In this document: positions 9,327-18,963 of the stretch, piece after piece
Layout of the letters: each line of letters opens with the position of its first letter
Position numbering within the stretch: the stretch's first letter is position 1
NCBI GenBank assembly: GCA_963815195.1
Contig: CAWFGE010000016.1
Location: forward strand, 127,342 to 191,341
Origin: an uncultured Planctomycetaceae bacterium
GTDB lineage: Bacteria > Planctomycetota > Planctomycetia > Planctomycetales > Planctomycetaceae
Direction: 5' to 3'
Length of the DNA: 64,000 nucleotides
The notes under the pieces: generated by a model
What the model was told of the DNA's origin: nothing
Seen by the model: the letters and a program-made list of their open reading frames with translations, nothing else
The model's database searches: none
Made by a program: the position numbers and the translations under genes

Positions 9327-10010
9327 ATGGGGTTTTTGCAAAGATTCCTCAAAACCACCTACCGCGAAGGCGATCCCGCCCAGACCCAAAGCAGTTTTCT
9401 CGAGTTGAACGAAGAGCAGTTGGAAACGCATTTGGGCATCGCCCGCTACGGCAACTTCGTGCTGACCGATGCCATCCGCCCGTCCTACGACCTGCAAATC
9501 GTGCCCCGGGCCGGCTACCGGCACGATGTGTACGAGGACCGGGAATCGGGCGTCAAGATCCCGGTGCTCATGGCGGCGGCTTCGCGGGAACGGCTCTTGG
9601 ATTTGTTCTTCGACATGCTTGCCCCCTTGGGGACCGAGGTCGATGTCGTCCTCGAAACCAGCCACGAGCGCAGCCAGGGCGGACACGACGATTTGTACCG
9701 CGAGCACATCGATTTGCCGGTGCTCTTGAGTACGCTTTACGACTTCGAAGACATCCTCCTGAACGATGGCTGCACCGGGATTGCGGTGTTGAACCCCAAC
9801 ATCCCGTTGGAAATCCAGTTCGACGAGCACAAGCTGCTCATCGCCTACGGCCAGGAACTGGGCGAGTTCGAGGACATCCTCGCCGGCTATGCTCTGAAAC
9901 CGCTGGAGGACTTGCGGTTCATCACCGAAGCCGAGCACGTGCACTCCTCGTGCGACGATTACTACGAGCGGTTTGAAGAACTCCGCTACCGGCTCGGCGT
10001 GGAATCCTGA
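9327..10010 (+). CDS. Hypothetical acidic protein, probably conserved
   Basis: Typical codon usage; LLNDGCTG, FDEHKLL, AEHVHSS motifs; function unknown. Confidence 0.75.
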   Translation: MGFLQRFLKTTYREGDPAQTQSSFLELNEEQLETHLGIARYGNFVLTDAIRPSYDLQIVPRAGYRHDVYEDRESGVKIPVLMAAASRERLLDLFFDMLAPLGTEVDVVLETSHERSQGGHDDLYREHIDLPVLLSTLYDFEDILLNDGCTGIAVLNPNIPLEIQFDEHKLLIAYGQELGEFEDILAGYALKPLEDLRFITEAEHVHSSCDDYYERFEELRYRLGVES

Positions 10011-10036
10011 TTTCAACCACACGGAGGAAGAGACTC

Positions 10037-10442
10037 ATGCAACGAAAATCCCGAACCGCAGCCGCGCTCTGCTGCGCGATGATCCTGTTATTCACCGGCT
10101 GCTGGATGGGCGGGCGGGGCCAGTCGAATTACGGCCCGCGAAGCAGTCTGCCCGCGCCCGGGGCTCCGAATCTCTCGGCCCCGCTTTCACCAAACCAACT
10201 GCAGCCTGCCGGACGATCCGGTTCTGGACGGACCGGCAGGCCCGGCGTTTCCGCAGTCTTCGGAGAGATTCGATCGCGAGCGGCATTCGCAGAAGGAGCT
10301 CGACGATTTGCGCTCCCAGCACGCGGGCACCGCGCCGCCGCCGATGATCCCGGAAGGTCCCATCGCCCACAAACAGACGTCGCTCAAGCAGGAAATCGAA
10401 GCTCCGCGGTTCGGGTACGTCGAACTCTCCCCGGCACCGTAG
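10037..10442 (+). CDS. Putative lipoprotein (frameshift about 10205)
   Basis: RBS GGAGG, lipobox-like LFTGC. A plausible continuation in another frame (PDDPVLDGPAGP...FGYVELSPAP) stops at 10442. Confidence 0.5.
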
Positions 10443-10541
10443 CGCTTGATCCGCGTCTCCCTTCCATTGCGGTCGGCCCCTGAAATCCGCATCCTATGTG
10501 GAACGATGGGGCTCGAACTTTCGCTTTGAAGGGAAATCAAG

Positions 10542-11829
10542 ATGCAGCACGGCACGCAGGCGATGATGTTGTTTTCGCTCATTTGGGCGATTGGGAGTTG
10601 GACGGCACTCGGCGTCGCGGGGCAACCAACCGACGCCAACAGCCGCGCCGAACAATCCCTGATCCAATCCATCAGCAAAGTCACGCTGCGCCGAAACCGC
10701 GACGGCCAGGGCGTCACGTGGTTTCATCCGCGGGCCTGTCTGCGGCCGGGACCGGATGGAAAACCCATCGCACTCATGACGCTCCAGGAAATCGGCGGGT
10801 CGGATTATTTCGGCCCGGTGCATTGGAGCGAATCGGGCGATGGGGGACACACCTGGAGCGAGCCGGCGTTGATCCCGTCCTTGGCGAGAGAGCCCGTGGA
10901 AGGCCATCCCGGATTGATGGCGGGCGTGTGCGATGTCACGCCGCAATATCATCCGCAAACCGGCACGGTGCTGGCCCTCGGACACGTCGTGTTCTATCGC
11001 GGCCCGCGGTTTGCCCGCGGCGACCAACTTGCCCGCTATCCCGTTTATGCCGTCCGCCGGAAAGACGGATCCTGGTCTGAGCGGAAAATCCTGAAATGGG
11101 ACGATCCCCGCGGGGCCAACATCTACTCCAACAATTGCGGCCAGCGAGTGGTTCTGCCCAACGGCGACATCGCCATGTCCTTCACCTTCGGCCCGACTGC
11201 GAACAACCGCATGGTGGCCGGCGTGCGGTGCTCGTTCGACGGGGAGGAACTCAAAATCCTCAAAGTGGGACCGCCGCTCAAAAATCCCGTGGGCCGGGGA
11301 CTCTTGGAACCGTCGGTCACCCAATTCCACGATCGGTTCTATCTCACCATACGGGCGGAAGATGGCCACGGCTACGTCGCCGTCAGCAAGGATGGTCTGA
11401 ACTACGAGCGCAAAACCGCCTGGACTTGGGACGATGGCGCAGCCCATCGCCATGTCCACCACCCAACAACATTGGCTCACCCATTCGGACGGGTTGTTTC
11501 TGGTTTACACGCGGAAGGACCAATCGAACGCGAACGTCATTCGCTGGCGAAGCCCGCTGTGGGTGGCGAAGGTCGATCCGGAGAGACTTTGTTTGATGAA
11601 GAGCAGCGAACGGGTCGTGCTTCCGCTGGTGGGCGATGGCGTCAACAAACCCGACGAAGTCGCCTTGATGGGGAACTTCGACATCACGAACGCCAGCCCC
11701 GAAGAATCCTGGGTCACGGTGGGAGAATGGCTGCCTCGCCAGGGCGCGCGGGGCGATTTGCTGCTGGCAAAAATCCGCTGGACCCGGCCGAACGGATGTG
11801 TTCTCAAAACGGCTGGTGAATCGAAGTAA
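10542..11829 (+). CDS. Secreted sialidase-like (BNR/Asp-box beta-propeller) protein, frameshift about 11435
   Basis: Asp-boxes SGDGGHTWS and SKDGLNY; GLLEPS; C-terminus continues in ORF 11434-11829. Confidence 0.8.
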
Positions 11830-11879
11830 AAATCGCGACAGCCCACGGCGTTGGACCGCTTGGCGAATTGCGGCTCCGA

Positions 11880-12533
11880 TCAAGCGGCGGCTTCCCCGGC
11901 TTCCTCAAAGGTCTCCCAGGCTTGCCAGAGGATGACGGGGAGCATCGCGAGGGCTCCGGCGGCATCGGCCCACCACCAACCAAGGGCGGCATTGAGCGCG
12001 AGGCCGGCGAGCAGACTCAAAGACAAATAGGAACAGATCCAGGTTTCCACCGCATCCGCCTCGAGCGCCTTGCTGCCCAGCTTTCGGCCAAGCCGGCTCT
12101 TGGAATAAGCCAGCACGGGCATAAGGATCAGCGACACAATCGATAGCACCAGCCCGACGAACGAGCTGTCCGGCTCGTCGCGATGGATAAGGGCGAGGCT
12201 GCTTTTGACGGCAATATAACCGGACAGCAAGACGAAGGTGGTCGCGACAAGGTAGAGCGACTTTCGCTCGGCCGAGCCGTGCTCTTCGGCGGTCGCGTTC
12301 GCACCGGCCGTTTTGAGCCGCCAATTGAGGGCCACAGCAGAGATCACCTCGATGGAACTGTCGACTCCAAAAGCCACCAAGGCGGTGCTGCCCGAGAGAA
12401 TTCCCGCTCCGACAGCGACGACGCCTTCGAGGACGTTCCACAAAATCGTGAACCACTCCAACCGGATCGCCCAACGAAACAGGGACGCCCGCCGGCAGTT
12501 TTGTTCCTCCGGTTTTCGATCGCTGTCGCTCAA
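11880..12533 (-). CDS. Cation transporter (CDF-type transmembrane domain only)
   Basis: SGSTALVAFGVDSSIEV, GSKALEADAVET, GWWWADA; TTG start with GAGGGA RBS. Confidence 0.85.
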   Translation of the reverse strand: MSDSDRKPEEQNCRRASLFRWAIRLEWFTILWNVLEGVVAVGAGILSGSTALVAFGVDSSIEVISAVALNWRLKTAGANATAEEHGSAERKSLYLVATTFVLLSGYIAVKSSLALIHRDEPDSSFVGLVLSIVSLILMPVLAYSKSRLGRKLGSKALEADAVETWICSYLSLSLLAGLALNAALGWWWADAAGALAMLPVILWQAWETFEEAGEAAA

Positions 12534-12599
12534 CGTATTTCCCTCACAAGAAAATCCCGCCAGAGGAGCGTCCTCTGGCGGGATCAAAAAATGTCCCTC

Positions 12600-12974
12600 T
12601 TATTCTTCTTCGCTGGGTTCTGGCGGCTTGTGGCCGGTCTTGGCTTCGTATTGGGCGGCGAACTTGGCTTTCAGGTCGGGATGGCAGATGAAGCACTGCG
12701 ACTCGGGGCGGTCGTGCTCTTTGCACCAGTCGTCTTTCTTCTGGAAGTCGGCCGCGAGCGCGGGGCTGCAACGGGTGCAGACTTCCTCCGGCACACCATG
12801 CTCCACGCACCACCAGCCGCCGTGGCTGTGGTCCGTATCGGCAACGGTGTGCAGATGCGGATCGGACGATTTTTCCGCTTGTTCCGAGTCAGCTTCCTTG
12901 TTGCCGCAACCGGTCATCGCCAGGCCCAGGACGGCGAATAAAGCCGCGGCTGCCAGTCCATGTTTTCTCATCAT
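12600..12974 (-). CDS. His/Cys-rich lipoprotein associated with RND metal efflux
   Basis: Lipobox MTGC; HLH..DHSH; two WCxEHxxPExxCxxC motifs. Confidence 0.8.
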   Translation of the reverse strand: MMRKHGLAAAALFAVLGLAMTGCGNKEADSEQAEKSSDPHLHTVADTDHSHGGWWCVEHGVPEEVCTRCSPALAADFQKKDDWCKEHDRPESQCFICHPDLKAKFAAQYEAKTGHKPPEPSEEE

Positions 12975-13008
12975 TTGTTTCTCCTTTGGCTTTCGCCGTT
13001 TTGAAAAG

Positions 13009-16000
13009 TTACACCGAAGCCGACGCCGGCACGCGCGGCGAATCGGAATCGGCGGGTTCCTTAGGTTCCGAGGGACCAAAATCGCCCTCGGAGTCATTGC
13101 TCCCTTTGGCCGGGAGATTGAATACGACATATAACACCCTGAGTACCAAGAGGCTCATCAGCATCGCGCTACAGACGCCGCCGATGACGACGGTGGCCAA
13201 CGGCCGTTGGACCTCGGCTCCCATGCCCGTGCTGAACGCCATCGGCACAAAACCCAGGCTTGCGACGAGCGTGGTCATCAAGATCGGCCGCAAGCGGGTC
13301 ATGGCGGCTTCTTCGACGGCTTCATCCAGTGATCGGCCTCGCTGGCGAAGTTGGCGGATCGTCGAGACCAACAGCATATCGTCGAGCACCGCCACGCCCG
13401 AAAGCGCGATGAATCCCACCGCCGCCGAGATGGAGAACGGCATGTCCCGCATCCACAAGGCGACGATCCCGCCGATCCACGCGAACGGCACGCTCGTGAA
13501 GACTCGCAGCGAATCGATCATGTTTCGGTACGTCACATAGAGCAGCGAAAAAATGATCAATAACGCCACGGGCACGACGATCATCAGCCGGGTTTGCGCC
13601 CGCTGGAGATTCTCGAACTGGCCGCCCCACTCCACGTGATACCGGCCCGCCGGCATCGCGACTTGGGCGTTGACTTTTTCCCGGGCCTCCGCGACAAAGC
13701 TGCCCATGTCCCGCCCGCGGACATTGGCTTCGACCGTGATCCGCCTTTGATACCATTCGCGGTTGATCGTGTTCGGTCCTTCCACGATTTCGACCGTCGC
13801 CAACCGCGAGAGCGGAATGCGTTCGCCCGCGGGCGTGGCGACGAGGATCGATCCAATCGCCTCCGGGTCGGCCCGGGCGGATTCGGGCAGGCGAATAATC
13901 AGCGGAAACCGCAGTTGCCCCTCATAGACTTCGCCGACGTGCTTGCTGCCCAGCGATTCGACCAGATCGAGCACCGTCTTGGCGGGGATGCCGTAACGGG
14001 CGATTTCGTCTTGTTTGATCTTGATTTGCAGGACAGGCTGGCCGGTGACTTGCTCGACTTTCACGTCGGCGGCTCCATCGATGGTTTTGAGGACCCGCTC
14101 GATCTCTGAGGCTTTTTCGACCATCACATCCAGATCGTCGCCGTAGAGAATCGCCGCCACGTCGGAGCGGACGCCGGAGGTCATCTCGTTAATCCGCATT
14201 TCGATCGGCTGCTCGAACGCCAGCCGCGGTCCGGGCAGATCGCGGAGTTCCTCTTCGATCAGACCCGCCAATTCTTCCTGCGACTCGGCCCGTTTCCATG
14301 CCTTCTTCGGGCGGAGCGTGACGAACAGGTCGGTCAGTTCCGTGCCCATCGGATCGGTCGCGACTTGGGCCGCTCCAATCCGGCTCCAGGCGTAGAGGAC
14401 TTCATCCGGGAATTTCTCCAAAATGATCCGCTCCATCTGCGTGTTGTAGCGGATGGATTCTTCCAGATCGGTCCCCGCCAGCCGGACGATGTTGATCCCA
14501 ATCGTTCCCTCGGACAGCCGGGGCACGAACTCGGTCCCCAGGTTCGGGGCGATCATCCCGAAAGCGACGATGAGCAATGACAGCGCGAATCCGATCACCG
14601 CGAGCTTGTGGTGCATCGTGAATTTCAGCACCGGCGCATAAAGCCGTTTGAGTCCGCGAATCAACAACGGTTCGCGTTCGTCCATCCGCCGGGGCAACAC
14701 GAGACTTGCCAGGACGGGCATCAACGTCAGCGACAGCACCATCGAACCGGCCAAGGCCATGATCACCGTGAGCGCCATCGGCCGGAACATCTTTCCTTCC
14801 ACGCCTTCCAGCGTCAGAATCGGCAGATAGACGATCATGATAATCAGCTCGCCGAACATCGTCGGCTTGCGGACTTCGACGGCGGCGTCACGGATGATTT
14901 CCAATCGGCTGCGTCCGCGCGGAGCATGGGCCAGATGCCGAACGCAGTTCTCGACCATCACCACCGAGCTGTCCACGACCAGCCCGAAGTCGATCGCCCC
15001 CAGGCTGAGCAAACTCGCCGCGATCCCGAACCGCCACATCCCGGTAAACGCAAACAGCATCGACAGCGGAATCGCCAGCGCCACAATCAATCCGGCCCGC
15101 AGGTTGCCTAAGAAGATAAACAGCACGGCGATCACCAGCAGCCCGCCCTCGAACAGGTTTTTCTGAACCGTCTCAATGACGTGATCGACCAGTTCGGTGC
15201 GGTCGTAAACGGTTTGGATCGTCACGCCGGGCGGCAGCGTTTTTTTGATTTCCTCGACCTTGTTTTTCAGGGCCCAGGTGACTTCGTGGCTGTTTTCGCC
15301 CATCAGCATTATGCCCAGGCCCAAAACGACTTCGCCGCGGCCGTTGGCCGTGACCGCGCCGCGGCGAATTTCGTGGCCGACCTCCACGTCGGCCACATCG
15401 CGAATGCGAATCGGCACGCCGTCGCGGGACGTCACGACGATGTTCTCGATTTGCTCCAAATCCACCGTCCGGCCCACGCCTTGGACGAGCAACATTTGGC
15501 TGCCCGCGGTGATCGTCCCGCCGCCGACGTTTTGATTGTTCTGCCGGGCGGCCTGGGCGACTTCCTCGAACGTCAAACCGTGCTTGATGAGGAGGTCGGG
15601 ATCGAGCCGGATTTGAAACTGCTTTTCGTACCCGCCCCAACTGTTGACCTCCGCCACGCCGGGCACGGAACGCAACTGCGGCTTGACGACCCAATCGTGC
15701 AGCGTCCGCAGTTCCGTGACCCGCCCGACTCGCTCTTCCCGGCTGACCTTGCTGAAATCCACGCCCTTGTAAGTCAACACATAATGGAACACTTCGCCCA
15801 AGCCCGTGGAGACCGGCCCCATCTGCGGCCGGCCAATGCCCGCGGGGAGTTCGACCGTGCTTAGCCGTTCGTTGATGAGTTGCCGGGCGAAGTAGATGTC
15901 GATGTCATCCTCAAAGATTACCACGACCTGCGAGAAGCCGAACTTGGACAGGGACCGCAAATTCTGGAGGCCGGGCAGACCGCTGATCGCCTGCTCGACC

Positions 16001-16203
16001 GGGAACGTGATCTGCCGCTCGATTTCCTCCGGCGACAGAGCCGGGGCGACGGTGTTGATCTGAATTTGCACCGGCGTCGTGTCCGGGAAGGCGTCGATGT
16101 CCAACTGCGACAGCGCCAGCCCGCCCGCAGCCACCAGCACCAGCGTGCCCAGAATCACCAGCGCCCGATGACGCAGCGAAGCTTCAATCACCCAATTCAG
16201 CAT
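13009..16203 (-). CDS. czcA: CzcA/CusA-family heavy-metal efflux RND permease
   Basis: IDAFPDTTPVQIQINT, GLGEVFHY, LGAIDFGLVVDSSVVMVEN, RLRPILMT, GAEVQRPLATVVIGG; 1064 aa. Confidence 0.95.
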   Translation of the reverse strand: MLNWVIEASLRHRALVILGTLVLVAAGGLALSQLDIDAFPDTTPVQIQINTVAPALSPEEIERQITFPVEQAISGLPGLQNLRSLSKFGFSQVVVIFEDDIDIYFARQLINERLSTVELPAGIGRPQMGPVSTGLGEVFHYVLTYKGVDFSKVSREERVGRVTELRTLHDWVVKPQLRSVPGVAEVNSWGGYEKQFQIRLDPDLLIKHGLTFEEVAQAARQNNQNVGGGTITAGSQMLLVQGVGRTVDLEQIENIVVTSRDGVPIRIRDVADVEVGHEIRRGAVTANGRGEVVLGLGIMLMGENSHEVTWALKNKVEEIKKTLPPGVTIQTVYDRTELVDHVIETVQKNLFEGGLLVIAVLFIFLGNLRAGLIVALAIPLSMLFAFTGMWRFGIAASLLSLGAIDFGLVVDSSVVMVENCVRHLAHAPRGRSRLEIIRDAAVEVRKPTMFGELIIMIVYLPILTLEGVEGKMFRPMALTVIMALAGSMVLSLTLMPVLASLVLPRRMDEREPLLIRGLKRLYAPVLKFTMHHKLAVIGFALSLLIVAFGMIAPNLGTEFVPRLSEGTIGINIVRLAGTDLEESIRYNTQMERIILEKFPDEVLYAWSRIGAAQVATDPMGTELTDLFVTLRPKKAWKRAESQEELAGLIEEELRDLPGPRLAFEQPIEMRINEMTSGVRSDVAAILYGDDLDVMVEKASEIERVLKTIDGAADVKVEQVTGQPVLQIKIKQDEIARYGIPAKTVLDLVESLGSKHVGEVYEGQLRFPLIIRLPESARADPEAIGSILVATPAGERIPLSRLATVEIVEGPNTINREWYQRRITVEANVRGRDMGSFVAEAREKVNAQVAMPAGRYHVEWGGQFENLQRAQTRLMIVVPVALLIIFSLLYVTYRNMIDSLRVFTSVPFAWIGGIVALWMRDMPFSISAAVGFIALSGVAVLDDMLLVSTIRQLRQRGRSLDEAVEEAAMTRLRPILMTTLVASLGFVPMAFSTGMGAEVQRPLATVVIGGVCSAMLMSLLVLRVLYVVFNLPAKGSNDSEGDFGPSEPKEPADSDSPRVPASASV

Positions 16204-16250
16204 CCGCTCCTCCTAAGCTCCGCAACATTGGTTCGGAAACCGATCGCGGG

Positions 16251-16402
16251 GAAATCCGAAACAAACTCGAATGTTCGAAATCCCAATCTCCAAGCCCTGG
16301 GAACCGGTCGAACTTGATGAATTGTGTAGGCGTTTGTTTGGGACATTTTGTTTTTGGGATTTTGAATTTGTTTCGGATTTCGGATTTCGTGCTTCGAATT
16401 TC
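16251..16402. repeat. Heptamer-periodic inverted-repeat element (GAAATCC/GAAACAA units)
   Basis: Left arm GAAATCCGAAACAAACTCGAA; right arm TTTGAATTTGTTTCGGATTTCGGATTTCGTGCTTCGAATTTC; low GC. Confidence 0.8.
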
Positions 16403-16438
16403 AAATCCAACCCATGTCGAATCGGGAAACGGGGCGAG

Positions 16439-18088
16439 CTAATCATCGCCGCAACAGCCGGCGCCGAGGTTGTTTTTCAATAGCTGCGACCTGAGCACGT
16501 CGCTGCCCTTCGTCGCCACGACTTCGCCGGGCAGGACGCCGGCGAGGACTTCGGTGAACCCGTCGGTCTTCGCGCCGAGGCGGACCGTGCGGACATGAAA
16601 CACTTTCGGGCTGCCGGGGCTGTCGAAATAGCCCTTGTCCCGCACGAAGACGACCTGGCAGCAGCCTTCCGTGAGGATCGCCTGGTTGGGCACGACGATC
16701 GCGTTTTCCTCTTCCCGCAGGATGACGCGGCCGGTGCCGAAGGTCTCGTCGCGAAGCTGCCCGGTCGGATTCGGGAGTTCCGCCCGCACGCGGACCATGC
16801 GGGTTTCCCGGTCGGCGGCGGTGCTGATCCAATCCAATTGGCCGCTGAATTCTTTTGGGCTGCCGTCGGGACGGAACCGCACCGTTTGGCCGACGGAGAT
16901 TTTTTCCGCATGCTCCAAAGGCACATTCAGAATCAGCCACATTCGGCTGGTGTCGGCGACTTGAAACAAGACGCGGGAGGCATCCACGACTTCCCCCGCC
17001 ACGACTTGCCGATCCATAATGACGCCGTCCATGGAAGAGCAGACGGGCAACAGATTGGCCGTTGTCATGCGGGGATGGAGCTGTTTTCGGATCGAATCCG
17101 GGAGGCCGAGAAACCGCAGCGTCTCGACGATCTCGCGTTCGGAAAGATCCCGCAGGCCGCCCGAATCCACGGGCAACCCCAAGTTGATGAGGGATTGTTC
17201 CGCGCTGAGCATGGCGACCTGGGCTTTGGCGAGCGCCGCTTCGGCTTCGAGCACCTGCCGGCCCGCCACGGTTCCCTGGACCGCTTTCAGCCGATCCACG
17301 TTTTGCCGCTGGAGTTTTTCTTCGACCAGAGCCTGGGCCAGGCGGCTTTTCGCCTGCCCGACTTCCGCGGCATCGACCAAGACCAAGACTTCGCCGGCTT
17401 TTACCGAATCGCCGATGTTTTTTTCGACGCGCCAAACCGAGCCGGGCACGCGGGAAGACAGGCTCGCGAGGCGGGTGGGATCGTAGCGAATTTCGCCGTT
17501 GCCTGCGACCGATTCGCTGACGGGCTGCCGCTCGACGAGTTCCACATCGACCCCGGCTTGCCGGACCGCTTCGGCGGACGCGAATTGAATCCGCCGCGTG
17601 TAGGACTGGCAGATGGCGTTATTCTGTTTCCGCTTCTGGACCGCAAACGCCCGCCCGGCCCGCGCGAAATCCCGCTTGAGATCGGTCGGCAAAGTTTTGA
17701 GTTGGGCCACGTCGGGATGATCGAGCGGGCAGTTGTGGACGCCATGCTCCTGGCAGAAGCCGTAATCCGGGCCTTTGGGAAAGAGTTCCGGATGGCATTC
17801 GACGCACTGCGATTCGGGCACGCCGTGCTCTTCGCACCAGTCGGCTTTCTCCGCCGGTTTTTCCCCGGTCAAAGTCGAAAACTTCGGAAGCTTCCAGCCC
17901 GAATGATGCCCGTAATATCCCACCCCGCCCAAGAGTGCCAAAACACACAGCGTGGGCACGCCGCGGTATAAACCGGAAAGCAGAGCGCCGGCCCAGGCTC
18001 GCCGTTTTGAAGTGGCCGGCTCCAAAGTCGGCCTGGTTTCTGGAAGCGAAGTTTCGCTCGCCGGGGGATCAATCATCGCGTGACTCAT
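16439..18088 (-). CDS. Efflux RND periplasmic adaptor subunit (CzcB/CusB-like) with Cys/His-rich N-terminal domain
   Basis: TM anchor; G.V...GDSVKAGEVL, LFQVADTSRMW, ETRMVRVRAELPNPTGQLR; upstream of czcA. Confidence 0.92.
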   Translation of the reverse strand: MSHAMIDPPASETSLPETRPTLEPATSKRRAWAGALLSGLYRGVPTLCVLALLGGVGYYGHHSGWKLPKFSTLTGEKPAEKADWCEEHGVPESQCVECHPELFPKGPDYGFCQEHGVHNCPLDHPDVAQLKTLPTDLKRDFARAGRAFAVQKRKQNNAICQSYTRRIQFASAEAVRQAGVDVELVERQPVSESVAGNGEIRYDPTRLASLSSRVPGSVWRVEKNIGDSVKAGEVLVLVDAAEVGQAKSRLAQALVEEKLQRQNVDRLKAVQGTVAGRQVLEAEAALAKAQVAMLSAEQSLINLGLPVDSGGLRDLSEREIVETLRFLGLPDSIRKQLHPRMTTANLLPVCSSMDGVIMDRQVVAGEVVDASRVLFQVADTSRMWLILNVPLEHAEKISVGQTVRFRPDGSPKEFSGQLDWISTAADRETRMVRVRAELPNPTGQLRDETFGTGRVILREEENAIVVPNQAILTEGCCQVVFVRDKGYFDSPGSPKVFHVRTVRLGAKTDGFTEVLAGVLPGEVVATKGSDVLRSQLLKNNLGAGCCGDD

Positions 18089-18244
18089 GGGAATCTCCTG
18101 CTGCGATCGGAGAATAATCTTGGGACCAAATGCACGTCGCGCCTTTGAAGGATGCGCGGGCATCGACGAAGATTGCCGATCAGAAAGAAGCCGCCTCACC
18201 GCAAAAAGCCTCTGCGGGAGCAAAACGATCGACGCAGCGGCCGA

Positions 18245-18658
18245 TTAGATCACAAGCGAGCCGAGCCGCAGGCGCACAGCGATCCCCGAGCTCCGATCCG
18301 GAGGCGCCGCGTCCATGAACTGCGGGACCGGATGGCCGGCCGAAATGGGTCGGCGGTCCTGGGAACTCGGCAAGGCCCAATTCGCGGGCAAGCCTTCGTC
18401 ATCCGCGAGCAGCGGTTTCGCGGACGTTTCCACGACCACGTTGCACACGCATTGATGACAGCCGCCATCCGGTGCCGTTGGGCTTTCGTTCGCGGGAAGC
18501 GAATCGCCCTGGGCGGTTTCGTGCTCGCAACAGCCGCAACCGCACTTGGCGACTGTGTGATCCACCACGTTCCGCGTCACCATCCCGGTCCCCATGCAGG
18601 CAAAGGGGCAATACAGGATGCCGAGAATCGGCAAAATGGCAAACACGCGGCAAAGCAT
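18245..18658 (-). CDS. Cys-rich small secreted or membrane hypothetical protein leading the efflux cluster
   Basis: YCPFAC, CGCGCCEH, CHQCVC. Confidence 0.6.
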   Translation of the reverse strand: MLCRVFAILPILGILYCPFACMGTGMVTRNVVDHTVAKCGCGCCEHETAQGDSLPANESPTAPDGGCHQCVCNVVVETSAKPLLADDEGLPANWALPSSQDRRPISAGHPVPQFMDAAPPDRSSGIAVRLRLGSLVI

Positions 18659-18767
18659 CGGCAGGAATCAGCAAATACGGTGTGAAATATAGTGGACAAC
18701 ACTCTCTTTCCTTAGTCTAGGTCATTACTCCGCTCGTGGCAACAGGAATCGGCCGGTGTTGAGGGAC

Positions 18768-18843
18768 CATGATTCCGTGCTCCATGATTTTGTTTATCCC
18801 GCTTAATCTTCAGAACCACAAAATCATGGGGCACAAAATCATT
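18768..18843. repeat. Inverted-repeat (REP-like) element
   Basis: ATGATTCCGTGCTCCATGATTTTGT ... ACAAAATCATGGGGCACAAAATCAT. Confidence 0.7.
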
Positions 18844-18963
18844 GATGGGTCGTCGCCGAAATTCCCGGATCGTTATCAAACCGAAGCCGGCCCGGTTGTG
18901 TTTCCCGGCGCCGGCACGGGGCCTACAATGAAGGAAAGATCGAAACCCGGAATGGGAACCTTC

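Noticed and set aside
16213..16483. Small ORFs between the adaptor and czcA
   Set aside because: They are translations of the heptamer repeat element
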